From NCBI GenBank assembly GCA_033852095.1, contig JAWSVD010000004.1, positions 1-63,809 of the forward strand: DNA of 63,809 nt. Reading direction: 5' to 3'. Below, one piece after another: positions 38,913 through 48,332 of the stretch. Each line of letters opens with the position of its first letter. Within the stretch, counting starts at the first letter, position 1. A program made the translations under genes and the position numbers. This DNA comes from Granulosicoccaceae bacterium (GTDB lineage Bacteria > Pseudomonadota > Gammaproteobacteria > CALCKW01). The notes under the pieces are model-generated. The model saw nothing but the letters and a program-made list of their open reading frames with translations, searched no databases and had not been told where the DNA came from.

Positions 38913-40541
38913 TTGCACCACAGAAGCTGTTTTATCGGCTGCACGCCGGCCATTACATGGGCCTGTATTGCTCTGCTCTGCTTGTCCGTCAGGCCCGCTC
39001 AGGCGCTCAGTTGCCAAGCCTGGGCAGGAGATCAAGCGCTGCTGCAAGGCAAGCTGATTGGCCCGGTGCTGATACAGGCCAACGACGTGTTCGACAACGC
39101 GTTGCTCAGCGAAAACAAGGCCATACACCGCTTCGCCAATAAGCTGCACTATCAGACTAAAAAGTCGACAATCGCCCGGCAGTTACTGTTCGCTGAGGGG
39201 GATGTGTTCTCTCGGCGCGTACTCGATGAAAGCAAGCGCCTGCTGCGCAGCCGAAGTTACATCGCCGATGCGGAAATTTCTGTTTTGCAGGTGTGCGGCT
39301 CCGAGGTCTGGATCAAGGTAAAGACCGTCGACACCTGGAGCACGATCCCCGAGATATCCCTCAGCCGTGTCGCGGGGGAGAGCCAGCGTACCATCGCTCT
39401 TGAAGAGAACAACCTGATGGGCCGCGGCCAGCAGTTGGCCTTTCGTTACGAGCGTGATCTGGACCGAGTCAGCCGCTCCCTCAGCTACACCGATCGGGAT
39501 TGGCGCGGGCGCCGCCAGGCCTTGCACCTGGAGTTGCAAAACAACCAAGACGGCGAGCGCTACCAGCTGTCGCTGACCCGTCCCTATATCAGTTTCGATG
39601 ACACCTACAGCTGGACAGTGAATGGCCACTTCGATCGCCGCGAAATTGACCTCTATGAACAGGGGGAAGTGGTTGAGACCATGGGGCTTGAACAGCACTA
39701 CCTGGACGCCAATCGAAGCTGGTCACTGGGGATCCAGCAGGGGCGGCTGGAGCGCTGGACCGTGGGTCTGCGCTTAGACGAGCACAGTTTTTATCGCATC
39801 GCCGACACGCGCGCCGATAATCTCTTTGCAAACAAACGCGAATACCTGCCTTATGTTCGCCTTGAAAAAATCGAGGACCACTTCGAAGAGTTTGAACACA
39901 TTCGCAAGCTGGCTGGCCCAGAAGACATTAATTTAGGCGCTCAATACCGCTTTGAGCTCGGATACATGGCGCGTTTGTGGGGCAGTCATGAGGACGCCTT
40001 GTACTTGTCCGCGGTTCATCAGCGCGCGTTTAAACAGGGCGATCGTACTCTGTGGATCAGTGAGTCCAGGGCGCAGAGTTTTGTCTCGAGCCATGCGCTG
40101 CAGCAGTTACAGGGCGGCACATCATTGCAACTGCATCGGCGGTTGACGCGGCGCAATCAGTTGTTCTTAGAGCTGGAACTCGAAGCAGGGCATTTGATGC
40201 CAGAGCAGCAGCAACTGGCCATAGGCGGTGAGAGCGGCCTCAGAGGCTACCCCTTCAAAGCCCAAACAGGCAACCGGCTGGCGCGCTTGAGCGCCGAAGT
40301 ACGACACTACCCGGATTGGCATCCCTGGCATCTGCTGCATTTTGGCGGTGCTATTTTTGCCGACTACGGTGCGGCCTGGCGCGCCGGCGCCGCCTCGCCG
40401 ATCTGGCTGTGGGATCTGGGTCTGGGGCTGCGCTTGGGCTCTTCACGATCCTCGTCGGGACGGGTGTTGCATTTAGATTTCGCCCTGCCCGAAGGGGGCG
40501 GTTCGCCGCAATGGACGGCGACTACCAAAAAACACTTCTAA
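38913..40541 (+). CDS. Omp85/BamA-TamA-family outer membrane protein (single POTRA-like domain plus beta-barrel); start uncertain
   Basis: Signal peptide ending AQA; POTRA-like IARQLLFAEGD..LDESKRLLRS..YI; EENNLMGRG; LRGYP loop-6 motif; GLGLR; C-terminal Phe. Confidence 0.75.
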   Translation: MHHRSCFIGCTPAITWACIALLCLSVRPAQALSCQAWAGDQALLQGKLIGPVLIQANDVFDNALLSENKAIHRFANKLHYQTKKSTIARQLLFAEGDVFSRRVLDESKRLLRSRSYIADAEISVLQVCGSEVWIKVKTVDTWSTIPEISLSRVAGESQRTIALEENNLMGRGQQLAFRYERDLDRVSRSLSYTDRDWRGRRQALHLELQNNQDGERYQLSLTRPYISFDDTYSWTVNGHFDRREIDLYEQGEVVETMGLEQHYLDANRSWSLGIQQGRLERWTVGLRLDEHSFYRIADTRADNLFANKREYLPYVRLEKIEDHFEEFEHIRKLAGPEDINLGAQYRFELGYMARLWGSHEDALYLSAVHQRAFKQGDRTLWISESRAQSFVSSHALQQLQGGTSLQLHRRLTRRNQLFLELELEAGHLMPEQQQLAIGGESGLRGYPFKAQTGNRLARLSAEVRHYPDWHPWHLLHFGGAIFADYGAAWRAGAASPIWLWDLGLGLRLGSSRSSSGRVLHLDFALPEGGGSPQWTATTKKHF

Positions 40542-40550
40542 GGCACCGCT

Positions 40551-42023
40551 CTACTGAAAGGCTGTTTCGGTGAAGCTGCGCAATTTGCGTGAGTGCAGTC
40601 GCTCTGCCGGCATTTGTGCAAGCTTGTCCATCGCCAGCATACCGATGCGCAAGTGCTGCTCCACCTGCTGGCGGTAAAAGGCCGTCGCCATGCCAGGCAA
40701 CTTGAGCTCGCCGTGCAGTGGCTTGTCCGAGACGCAGAGCAGTGTCCCGTAGGGCACCCGAAATCGGAAGCCATTGGCTGCAATGGTCGCGGACTCCATG
40801 TCCAGGGCAATGGCCCTCGATTGCGACAGTCGGCGGACTGGCTCTCGCTGGTCGCGAAGCTCCCAGTTTCGGTCGTCGATGGTGGCCACTGTCCCGGTCC
40901 GCATGATGCGTTTTAATTCCCCGCCCTCCCTGCCGGTGACATCCGCAACCGCGTCCTGCAGGGCGACTTGCACTTCGGCGAGCGCAGGGATCGGGACCCA
41001 CACCGGCAGGTCCGCGTCCAGCACGTGATCTTCGCGCACGTAGGCGTGTGCCAGCACATAGTCGCCCAGCCGCTGGGATTGGCGCAAGCCAGCGCAATGC
41101 CCGAGCATCAGCCAGGCGTGCGGCCGCAACACGGCCACGTGGTCCGTGATCGTCTTGGCATTGCTGGGCCCGACACCGATGTTGATCAGGGTTATGCCGG
41201 TATTGTCCGCACGTTTGAGGTGATAGGCGGGCATTTGCGGTGTGCGCGCACTCTCGCTGCCGCTGACCGATTCATCGTCGGCGCGCACAATGATGTTGCC
41301 CGGCTCAACCAGCTCGGTGTATTCGCCGGTGGCAAGTGCCTCGCGGGCGTACTTGCAAAAGCCGTCCACATAAAACTGGTAATTGGTGAAGATCACGTAG
41401 TTTTGAAAGTGTTCGGGCCGCGTGGCCGTGTAGTGCTCCAGGCGTGCCAATGAGTAGTCAACGCGCTGTGCCGTGAAGATAGAGAGCGGGGCGGGTTCCC
41501 CGGGCTTAACTTCATGTGTGCCGTTGGCGATGTGGTCGTCCGTTGTCGCTAGGTCAGGGGTGTCAAATACATCGCGCAGAGGCCTGTCCAGCGTGTCCAA
41601 GTTCGCCTCCACGTGCAGCGTGTCTTCAAAGGCAAAGTGCAGCGGGATGGGCGTCTCAGATTCGCTGACCACAAGCGGCATGCCGTGGTTCCGCAGCAGC
41701 TGTGACAGCTGCTCTTGCAGGTATTGGCGATAGAGCTTGGGCCGCGTGATGGTGGTGGCGTAGGTGCCTGGGCCGCTGGTGTAGCCGTATGACAAGGGCG
41801 TATCGACCAAGGCGTGGGAGCGAGTAGTGAGCGAAACCTGCGGGTAGAAGGCGCGCACCCGCTTGTCCGGTGTTGCTTCGCCGCGGGCCACCCGGGCAAA
41901 GGCCGCGCAGAGGAATTTCGTGTTTCGTTCATACAGCGCTTGCAGGCAATCTAAGGCGGCCTCCGCATTGTCAAATTCCTGCGGGGCTTGAGGGGGTGGC
42001 GATAGAAACTCTGCATGGCTCAC
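40551..42023 (-). CDS. amn: AMP nucleosidase
   Basis: RVDYSLARLEHYT, HFQNYVIFTNYQFYVD, PQMPAYHL, NIGVGPSNAKTITDH, GHCAGLR, DMESATIAANGFRFRVPYGTLLCVSDKP. Confidence 0.97.
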   Translation of the reverse strand: MSHAEFLSPPPQAPQEFDNAEAALDCLQALYERNTKFLCAAFARVARGEATPDKRVRAFYPQVSLTTRSHALVDTPLSYGYTSGPGTYATTITRPKLYRQYLQEQLSQLLRNHGMPLVVSESETPIPLHFAFEDTLHVEANLDTLDRPLRDVFDTPDLATTDDHIANGTHEVKPGEPAPLSIFTAQRVDYSLARLEHYTATRPEHFQNYVIFTNYQFYVDGFCKYAREALATGEYTELVEPGNIIVRADDESVSGSESARTPQMPAYHLKRADNTGITLINIGVGPSNAKTITDHVAVLRPHAWLMLGHCAGLRQSQRLGDYVLAHAYVREDHVLDADLPVWVPIPALAEVQVALQDAVADVTGREGGELKRIMRTGTVATIDDRNWELRDQREPVRRLSQSRAIALDMESATIAANGFRFRVPYGTLLCVSDKPLHGELKLPGMATAFYRQQVEQHLRIGMLAMDKLAQMPAERLHSRKLRSFTETAFQ

Positions 42024-42711
42024 GATGAGGTGTTACTCCGTGTGATTTTGGGCGGCTGTGTTTGTCGCAGCAAAAGTTGGTCAAACAACATACCACTCTT
42101 GACGGTCCGGCATCTATCTCTGGCTGATGATGGCGCAGAGGGCGGGCTGCAATCGCGTGCCGGTGTCGTGGCCCGAGGCTATCGCTTAAGGGTGATCACA
42201 CAGGGGCAATCACACAGGGGAGCCTCAGTCAAAAGAGGGTGGCCAACTCTGTGCTCGCCCCGCGGTCAAATTCAGGGCATCCACGCTGAGGGGGCGGCGA
42301 GTCGCTTGCGGTCGTCTTGTCATGGTAGGAGTCACGACAGCGATCTCGCTGAGGTAGTCGGCAAATGCCATGCCGTGGAACCGCGCGCGGCTGGAACAAG
42401 GGGTCGTATCAACAGCGCCAAAGCGCTTAAAGTGCCCAATATCAGGTTCTGGGTTGAGCAGCGCGACAGAGAAACGCGTTTCTGAAGCAGTAAATTGTTC
42501 GTGTAGCTTACAGTCAAGTAAGCGTGCGCCGTTAACCCAAACAGCAACCGGATTTTCCAATCTGTGCCCTGAATAAAGAGGGTTATCCATCAGATCAACC
42601 AGCGCCCATGGTGTAAGGAAAGTTGTTTTGTAACGTTTTGATGTGATGAGCTTTTTGGTATTGACAGCGACACAGGCAAAACTTTGTTGTGTTAAAACAG
42701 AGGGTTAGACG

Positions 42712-43131
42712 ATGTCTAAAATCGCTAAGGCGTATTTAGTGGATGACAGCGATATTGACAACATGCTCCACTCAATAATCTGCGAGAAATCTGGCGCAGT
42801 AGAGCAGGTTGTGGCAAACACCGACGCTGAAGATGCGGTGAAAAAATTCATGACGACCACGCCATTGCAGGAGGGTGAGTTCATCTTCTTGGACATAAAC
42901 ATGCCCAAAATGAACGGATATGAGTTCCTCGAGAAGCTCAGCGAGCATGCGCCGGTGCATGAGTTGCCACCGTTTGTGGTGATGGTGTCCACATCGAGCA
43001 ACCCAAAGGACGAAGCGAAATCGCGCGCCTTTCCCATAGTGCTCGACTACATGACGAAGCCGCTGACCGCCGAAGCCCTGCTTAAATTGAGCACAGTTGC
43101 AGCTGAGAGGCTAAAAGCCAAGGCAGCCTGA
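42712..43131 (+). CDS. Single-domain (CheY-like) response regulator
   Basis: LVDD, phospho-acceptor FLDINMPKMNG, STSS, KPL; RBS-like GAGG upstream. Confidence 0.9.
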   Translation: MSKIAKAYLVDDSDIDNMLHSIICEKSGAVEQVVANTDAEDAVKKFMTTTPLQEGEFIFLDINMPKMNGYEFLEKLSEHAPVHELPPFVVMVSTSSNPKDEAKSRAFPIVLDYMTKPLTAEALLKLSTVAAERLKAKAA

Positions 43132-43417
43132 ATCAACGCTGCTTCCGGTGATCGTGGAGTGGTGTGCAAAACGTCCGAAGGCGGCCCTGCTTTCGCTATT
43201 TCCGTACAGCGACATCATATTGTCGCTAATCGTGTTTTTCACCGCCCAAGATCCCCGCGCCCTCACACAAGCGAGCTTCGCTGCCTTCAGGGGAGTGAGG
43301 ATTCTAGCGCATAGGCCTTTCTTTTCCCCCATAGCCAGCTTGTTCTTGGCTCTAGCATCTGCTGCCGCTGATTTGCTCGCTCGGTGGGCAGCAATTCCGT
43401 GCACGAATTCCAGGCAC

Positions 43418-43441
43418 AAAAAAACCGGCGATTAAGCCGGT
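43418..43441 (-). terminator. Rho-independent terminator downstream of ssrA
   Basis: ACCGGC-GATTAA-GCCGGT hairpin (43424-43441) next to A7 (43418-43424), a U-tract on the minus strand. Confidence 0.8.
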
Positions 43442-43509
43442 CTATTTGCCCGTTTTGGTACGACTCTCGTACCCTACGGTGTTGATCTCCAACGAAATCA
43501 ACAAGTTGT

Positions 43510-43887
43510 TGGTGGAGGCGGCGGGAGTCGAACCCGCGTCCGCAAGCACTCCGCCATTGGCACTACATGCTTAGTCGCTTATTTTTTGTTTAATCCAACA
43601 CCTGCCAAAGCGACAGAGCGTGGTGCGGACGATCCTCTTAAGATTTAGCAGCGCCACCCGAGGCGTGTCTTGCTGCGATCCTGTAGCGTGTGCTACCCGT
43701 GGCTACTTACAGGCAAGTATCCAATCGGGTCAGGCGTATAACGAAAAGCGGTTAAGGCTTTAAGTTATGCGGCCATCGCATAGTTGTCATCGTTTGCAAC
43801 TATTAATTTGCAGTGTTTTTACGAGGTCACTACACCTCGGCATGCACCTCCGGTTTCATCACTCCCGTCGAAGCCAGGAACGCCCCC
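43510..43887 (-). ncRNA. ssrA: tmRNA (one-piece); tag peptide (A)ANDDNYAMAA encoded at 43797-43765
   Basis: 5' GGGGGCG pairs with 3' CGCCUCC-ACCA with a G3:U wobble; T-arm GCGGGTTCGACTCCCGC; GCATGCCGAG pk1 region; ATAGTT-GCA resume site; tag ORF ending AA-stop. Confidence 0.98.
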
Positions 43888-43905
43888 GTGTTGGTACAAG
43901 GAGAA

Positions 43906-43936
43906 TAATGGGGTCTAAGCGGCAGAATTTCAAGGG
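43906..43936 (-). promoter_or_regulatory. Putative RpoH (sigma32)-type promoter of ssrA
   Basis: Minus strand reads CCCTTGAAA-N14-CCCCATTA about 18 nt before the mature 5' end; it can also be read as sigma70 TTGAAA-N17-CATTAT. Confidence 0.55.
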
Positions 43937-43984
43937 AAATTCTTCAACGCTGTCCGCGAATGTCGCTGCACCCCTGTCTGTTCG

Positions 43985-44830
43985 TCACTGCGCCTTGCTC
44001 TGCTTGCTTTGGCGACCGCGCTGGCGCGGGTTAGCGAGGCTATCCCGCAAGATACTCTGCCGTTTTTTGCTGGTGCTCAGTCGCTGCTGTTCGTCCTGGG
44101 AGGCCATGAAGGTCTTCTCGACGAAATTCAAATGCGCTTCTGCGGCCTTCGCGGCGCCCGTGCTGTCGCGCGCGATGATCGCGGCGGCAATGGCCTTGTG
44201 CTGGTCCAGCAGTTTCCGCCGCATGCCGTCTTCCTTGTCGTAGAGGAAGTCTCGGTTGTAGAAAACCCCCTGGTTCATCAGCTCGTAGATCGAGCGCATG
44301 ACGTGCAGCAGCAGCGAATTGTGGGAGCACTCGATGATCAGCATGTGAAAGCGCACATCGAGCTCGGACTCCAGCTCGTGCTTGTTGGCGTGATGCGCCG
44401 CGTCCATGGCGTCCACTAGCTCTTTGAAGGACTGCAGGTCGGCCTCGGTGGCGCGTTTGGCGGCCAAAAAGGCGGCAAACGATTCTTGCTCGCGGCGGTA
44501 CTCCAAAAAATCATAGAAGGCGGAGTGGCGGCGCGAATAGAGCGCGATCATCGCCGGGGAAAGGGCGCTGCCGGTGAGCTGGGCGATGAAAGTGCCGTCG
44601 CTTTTGTGCACTTCTAACAGGCCGCGCTCTTCCAGCTGCTGCAATCCCTCCCGCAATTTTGGTCTAGAAACATCCAATTGCTCAGCGAGTTCGCGTTCGG
44701 GCGGCAGTTTCTGTCCGGGCCTCAATACGCCGGAAATCACCAGATCCTCGATCTGCTCGGCCACCATTTCAGAGAGCTTGCGCTGATCCACAGGATCGAA
44801 AAGACCTGTCGGGGAAGGGGGCTGGGTCAT
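43985..44830 (-). CDS. GntR/FadR-family regulator (GlcC/LldR/PdhR-like)
   Basis: GVLRPGQKLPPERELAEQLDVSRPKLRE wHTH; FCD domain with DVRFH..I.ECSHN and AEAHL; divergent from the TRAP-dld operon. Start ATG 44830 is inferred. Confidence 0.9.
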   Translation of the reverse strand: MTQPPSPTGLFDPVDQRKLSEMVAEQIEDLVISGVLRPGQKLPPERELAEQLDVSRPKLREGLQQLEERGLLEVHKSDGTFIAQLTGSALSPAMIALYSRRHSAFYDFLEYRREQESFAAFLAAKRATEADLQSFKELVDAMDAAHHANKHELESELDVRFHMLIIECSHNSLLLHVMRSIYELMNQGVFYNRDFLYDKEDGMRRKLLDQHKAIAAAIIARDSTGAAKAAEAHLNFVEKTFMASQDEQQRLSTSKKRQSILRDSLANPRQRGRQSKQSKAQ

Positions 44831-44956
44831 GCAGTTGGCTCCTGTGCTGGGCGTTTTATGAGGCGTTCCCGATCGGAAATTATTGTGTACCAATAATCAA
44901 CTGCGAACCGGGGCTGTGCAATATTTTACACGAAACTCTTGCGGCATTGCATTTTC

Positions 44957-44979
44957 ATTGGTTAATATAGTTTACCAAT
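44957..44979. promoter_or_regulatory. Probable FadR-family operator palindrome
   Basis: ATTGGT-TAATATAGTTT-ACCAAT inverted repeat between the regulator and dctP; TGGT..ACCA is the FadR-subfamily signature. Confidence 0.7.
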
Positions 44980-45051
44980 TCGGCAGGCGGTTTTTTTCAC
45001 TGCAGCTGAATTTCGCGAGCCAATCCGACTTTTCAACCTGAGTTCTAGAAA

Positions 45052-46116
45052 ATGCGAATAAAAAGCAAAGCTATATTCAGTTCCGTGGCAGTCATTGCCA
45101 GCCTCTGCGCCGCCCCTGCTACCCAGGCGGCGGACAAGCTGCTGCTAAAAACACCGATTGCCTTCAGCACCAATCTGCCAGGACTGGGCTCGCCCATTCC
45201 TCGTGTCGCCGCGCAGTTGAAATTGATGTCTGGCGGCAGCTTGAGAATGAAAGTCTACGAGCCGGGCAAGCTGGTCGCCCCCTTTGAAATCCTCGACGCG
45301 GTTTCGACCGGCAAGATCAACTCGGGCTACGCCACGGCGGGTTACTGGGCGGGTAAGATCCCGGCTTCACCTTTGTTTTCGGCGGTTCCCTTTGGACCGG
45401 AAGCGGGCGAATACATGGCGTGGTTGTACTACGGCAACGGCATGGATCTCTATCAGGAGATGTACGACCAGGCCGGCTACAACGTTAAGGTGCTGCCCTG
45501 CGCCATCATCGCCCCCGAAACCTCAGGCTGGTTCAGCAAAGAAATCAACACACCTGAAGACCTCAAGGGCCTGAAAATGCGCTTCTTTGGCCTCGGCGGC
45601 AAAGTGATGCAGAAGCTGGGCGTGGCCACCTCGCTGCTGCCGGGTGGTGATATTTTCCCAGCACTGGAAAAAGGCGCCATCGACGCCACTGAATTTTCCA
45701 TGCCCGCCATCGATCAGCGCCTGGGTTTTCACAAGCTGGTCAAATACAACTACTTCCCCGGCTGGCACCAGCAAGCCACCGTCTTTGAACTGCTGATCAA
45801 CAAGGATGTCTGGAATAAGGCCTCCGAGCAGCACCAGGCCATCATCTCTAACGCGTGTAAAGCGTCCATGTCTGACAGTTTCGCAGAAGGTGAGGCAATT
45901 CAACACGACGCCATGCTGAAAAACGTCAACGAGTACGGCGTCAAGATCATGCAGTGGAACGATGAAATGTTGTCGCTTTTCCGCACCACCTGGGATGAAA
46001 CCGCGGAAGAAGAAGCGAGCAACGATGCTTTCTTCAAGAAGGTCTATGCCGACATGAATGAGTTTAGAGACGGCTACACCCTGTGGAAGAGCAACGCTTT
46101 CTTGCCGCGCAAGTAG
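45052..46116 (+). CDS. dctP: TRAP transporter substrate-binding protein (DctP/TakP-like; monocarboxylate or 2-oxo/hydroxy acid)
   Basis: Signal peptide; FEILDAVSTG, YWAGK, VPFG, GWF.KEINT.EDLKGLKMR, ALEKGAIDATEF, YFPGWHQ. Confidence 0.92.
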   Translation: MRIKSKAIFSSVAVIASLCAAPATQAADKLLLKTPIAFSTNLPGLGSPIPRVAAQLKLMSGGSLRMKVYEPGKLVAPFEILDAVSTGKINSGYATAGYWAGKIPASPLFSAVPFGPEAGEYMAWLYYGNGMDLYQEMYDQAGYNVKVLPCAIIAPETSGWFSKEINTPEDLKGLKMRFFGLGGKVMQKLGVATSLLPGGDIFPALEKGAIDATEFSMPAIDQRLGFHKLVKYNYFPGWHQQATVFELLINKDVWNKASEQHQAIISNACKASMSDSFAEGEAIQHDAMLKNVNEYGVKIMQWNDEMLSLFRTTWDETAEEEASNDAFFKKVYADMNEFRDGYTLWKSNAFLPRK

Positions 46117-46130
46117 GCGATTGAAGGAAT

Positions 46131-46198
46131 GGCGAGCTCCGGCTACATCGGAGTTCGCCACAGGGCAACGGGCTGCACAGTGAAGTCAGCCCGTTTTT
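46131..46198 (+). terminator. Two intercistronic stem-loops after dctP, the second with a U-tract
   Basis: GGCGAGCTCCG/CGGAGTTCGCC and AACGGGCTG/CAGCCCGTTTTT. Confidence 0.6.
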
Positions 46199-46225
46199 GC
46201 AGGGAAAAAACAATCAGGTAGTATC

Positions 46226-48262
46226 ATGACTCAGGCCCCACTGTCAGACGCACAGAGCGATGCTGTTCAAGAACCGGCGATATCAACCGCGATCAACCGC
46301 GGTGTCAAAAGCGTGGGTCAAATCATCATGTGGTGCAATCTACTGCTGATTGCTGCCATATTCTCGCAGGTGGCACTGCGCTATCTGTTCGATATCAATC
46401 TGCCAAAGCTGGATGAAATCCAGTGGCATTTGTACGGCGTGGTCACCATGATGGGCTTGTCATACGCCTTGGTGAACGACAGCCATGTCCGCGTTGATGT
46501 GCTGCATATGTCACTGTCCAAACGCTCTCAGCGCTTCATCGAGTGCATTGGCATGACGGTGTTGATGCTGCCTTTCGTCTACTTGATGATCGATCAAGGC
46601 TACGACTATTTCTACGAGAGCTGGCGTGTCGATGAGCGCTCCAACAGCCCGACAGGCCTGCCCATGCGCTGGCTGCTCAAAGCCTTTATCCCGATCAGCT
46701 TCGTGCTGCTCGGCCTCGCTGTGCTCGCCCGACTGATTGCCGATCTCTACGCGCTGCTGAAAGCCCCTGCGGCAGAGAGAGAGGGCAAGGGTCTGCTTGC
46801 AGTGCTGCTGGTGCTGGCGGTGTTTGCGCTGCTCGGCTGGCAGCTCTGCGGTTTGGTGGAGAGCACCGAAGACAAGCTGGTCATCGCCATGTTCATGACC
46901 TTTATTGCGTTGCTGTTCAGCGGTTTTCCGGTGGCCTGGGTTCTGGCCGGGGTTGGCATATTGTACTGCCTGCAGGCGTATCTCTTCGACAACGGCCACA
47001 TGGCTTGGACCGGACTTGAAGAGACATTCACCGGGCTCGACTACCTGACTTTGGGCGCCACCGTCAATCGCGTCTACGGCACCATGTCGAACGCAGTGCT
47101 GGTGGCGTTGCCGATGTTTATTTTTATGGGCCTGATGCTCGACGAGAGCGGCGTTGCGCAGCGTTTGATGCACTCCATGCAGAAGCTCTTTGGCCGCACC
47201 CGAGGCGGGCTGGCGATCACGGTTACCTTGATCGGCATTATTCTGGCCGCCTCCACCGGCATCATCGGCGCTTCGGTGGTCTTGCTGGGCGTGATGAGCC
47301 TGCCGGCAATGATGAAGCAGAATTACTCGCCCGTGCTGGCCTCGGGCGTGGTCGCCGCGTCTGGCACCTTGGGCATTCTGATCCCGCCCTCCATCATGCT
47401 GGTCATCATGGCCGATCAAATGGCCCTGTCCGTGGGGGATCTGTTCATGGCGGCAGTTTTCCCCGGGGTGATCATTGGCGGCTTGTATTTGCTGTATATC
47501 TTTGTCATTGCCTACATCAAGTCCGATGTCGCGCCGGCGCCCAAAGACGCCGCTGCACCCGATTGGCCTGTGGTCAAGGAGGCGTTGCTGGCTGTGCTGC
47601 CGACGCTGGCGTTGATTCTCTCTGTGCTGGGGTCTATTTTTGCGGGCATCACCACCCCCACCGAGGCCTCGGGTATCGGTGCGTTGGGGGCGACACTGCT
47701 GGCCCTGGGCTACGGTAAATTGAGCTGGTCGGGGCTTGTCAAAGTGCTGACATCCACCTTCAGCACCACGGCCTATATTTTTGCGATATTCCTCGGCGCG
47801 ACGGTGTTCTCTTTTGTGCTGCGGGAGCTGGGCGGTGATGAGCTGATCGAGCACACGGTACTGTCCACGGGCTTTGGCCCAGAGGGCACGATTCTCTTTA
47901 TTCTTGGCGTGGTGTTTTTACTGGGTTTCGTGCTCGATTGGATTGAAATCACCTTGATCGTACTGCCTCTGATGCGGCCCATCATCAATGCGCTCGGGCT
48001 CGACATAGACGGCCACGGCGTATTGGATGAGCCCGCATTGATCTGGTTTGTCATCATGGTCGCCGTGACCCTGCAGACATCTTTCCTGACGCCGCCGGTG
48101 GGTTTTGCCTTGTTTTACCTTAAGGGGGTTTGTCCGCCTGAGATCAAGCTCAAGCATATCTACGCGGGGGTTATCCCCTTTGTCTTATTGCAATTGACAG
48201 GCTTGGCATTGCTTTATACTTGGCCGTCGCTGGCCACCTGGCTGCCATCCGTCGCCTACTGA
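46226..48262 (+). CDS. dctM: Fused TRAP transporter small and large permease (DctQM)
   Basis: N-terminal DctQ (EIQWHL, HVRVD); C-terminal DctM (ALPMFIFMG, GTLGILIPPSI, TPTEA, QTSFLTPPVG). Confidence 0.92.
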   Translation: MTQAPLSDAQSDAVQEPAISTAINRGVKSVGQIIMWCNLLLIAAIFSQVALRYLFDINLPKLDEIQWHLYGVVTMMGLSYALVNDSHVRVDVLHMSLSKRSQRFIECIGMTVLMLPFVYLMIDQGYDYFYESWRVDERSNSPTGLPMRWLLKAFIPISFVLLGLAVLARLIADLYALLKAPAAEREGKGLLAVLLVLAVFALLGWQLCGLVESTEDKLVIAMFMTFIALLFSGFPVAWVLAGVGILYCLQAYLFDNGHMAWTGLEETFTGLDYLTLGATVNRVYGTMSNAVLVALPMFIFMGLMLDESGVAQRLMHSMQKLFGRTRGGLAITVTLIGIILAASTGIIGASVVLLGVMSLPAMMKQNYSPVLASGVVAASGTLGILIPPSIMLVIMADQMALSVGDLFMAAVFPGVIIGGLYLLYIFVIAYIKSDVAPAPKDAAAPDWPVVKEALLAVLPTLALILSVLGSIFAGITTPTEASGIGALGATLLALGYGKLSWSGLVKVLTSTFSTTAYIFAIFLGATVFSFVLRELGGDELIEHTVLSTGFGPEGTILFILGVVFLLGFVLDWIEITLIVLPLMRPIINALGLDIDGHGVLDEPALIWFVIMVAVTLQTSFLTPPVGFALFYLKGVCPPEIKLKHIYAGVIPFVLLQLTGLALLYTWPSLATWLPSVAY

Positions 48263-48332
48263 GTGGGGTAGAGGCACCTAAACGTGCCCACGCTTGGGCT
48301 AGAATGACCTTACTTAAGAAAGAGGCGGGACG

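Noticed and set aside
42288-42304. Possible att duplicate of the ssrA 3' end (GAGGGGGCGGCGAGTCG)
   Set aside because: Only a short gapped match in GC-rich DNA, and no integrase nearby.
43510-43545. tRNA gene
   Set aside because: The T-arm and CCA belong to the tRNA-like domain of tmRNA; there is no anticodon arm.
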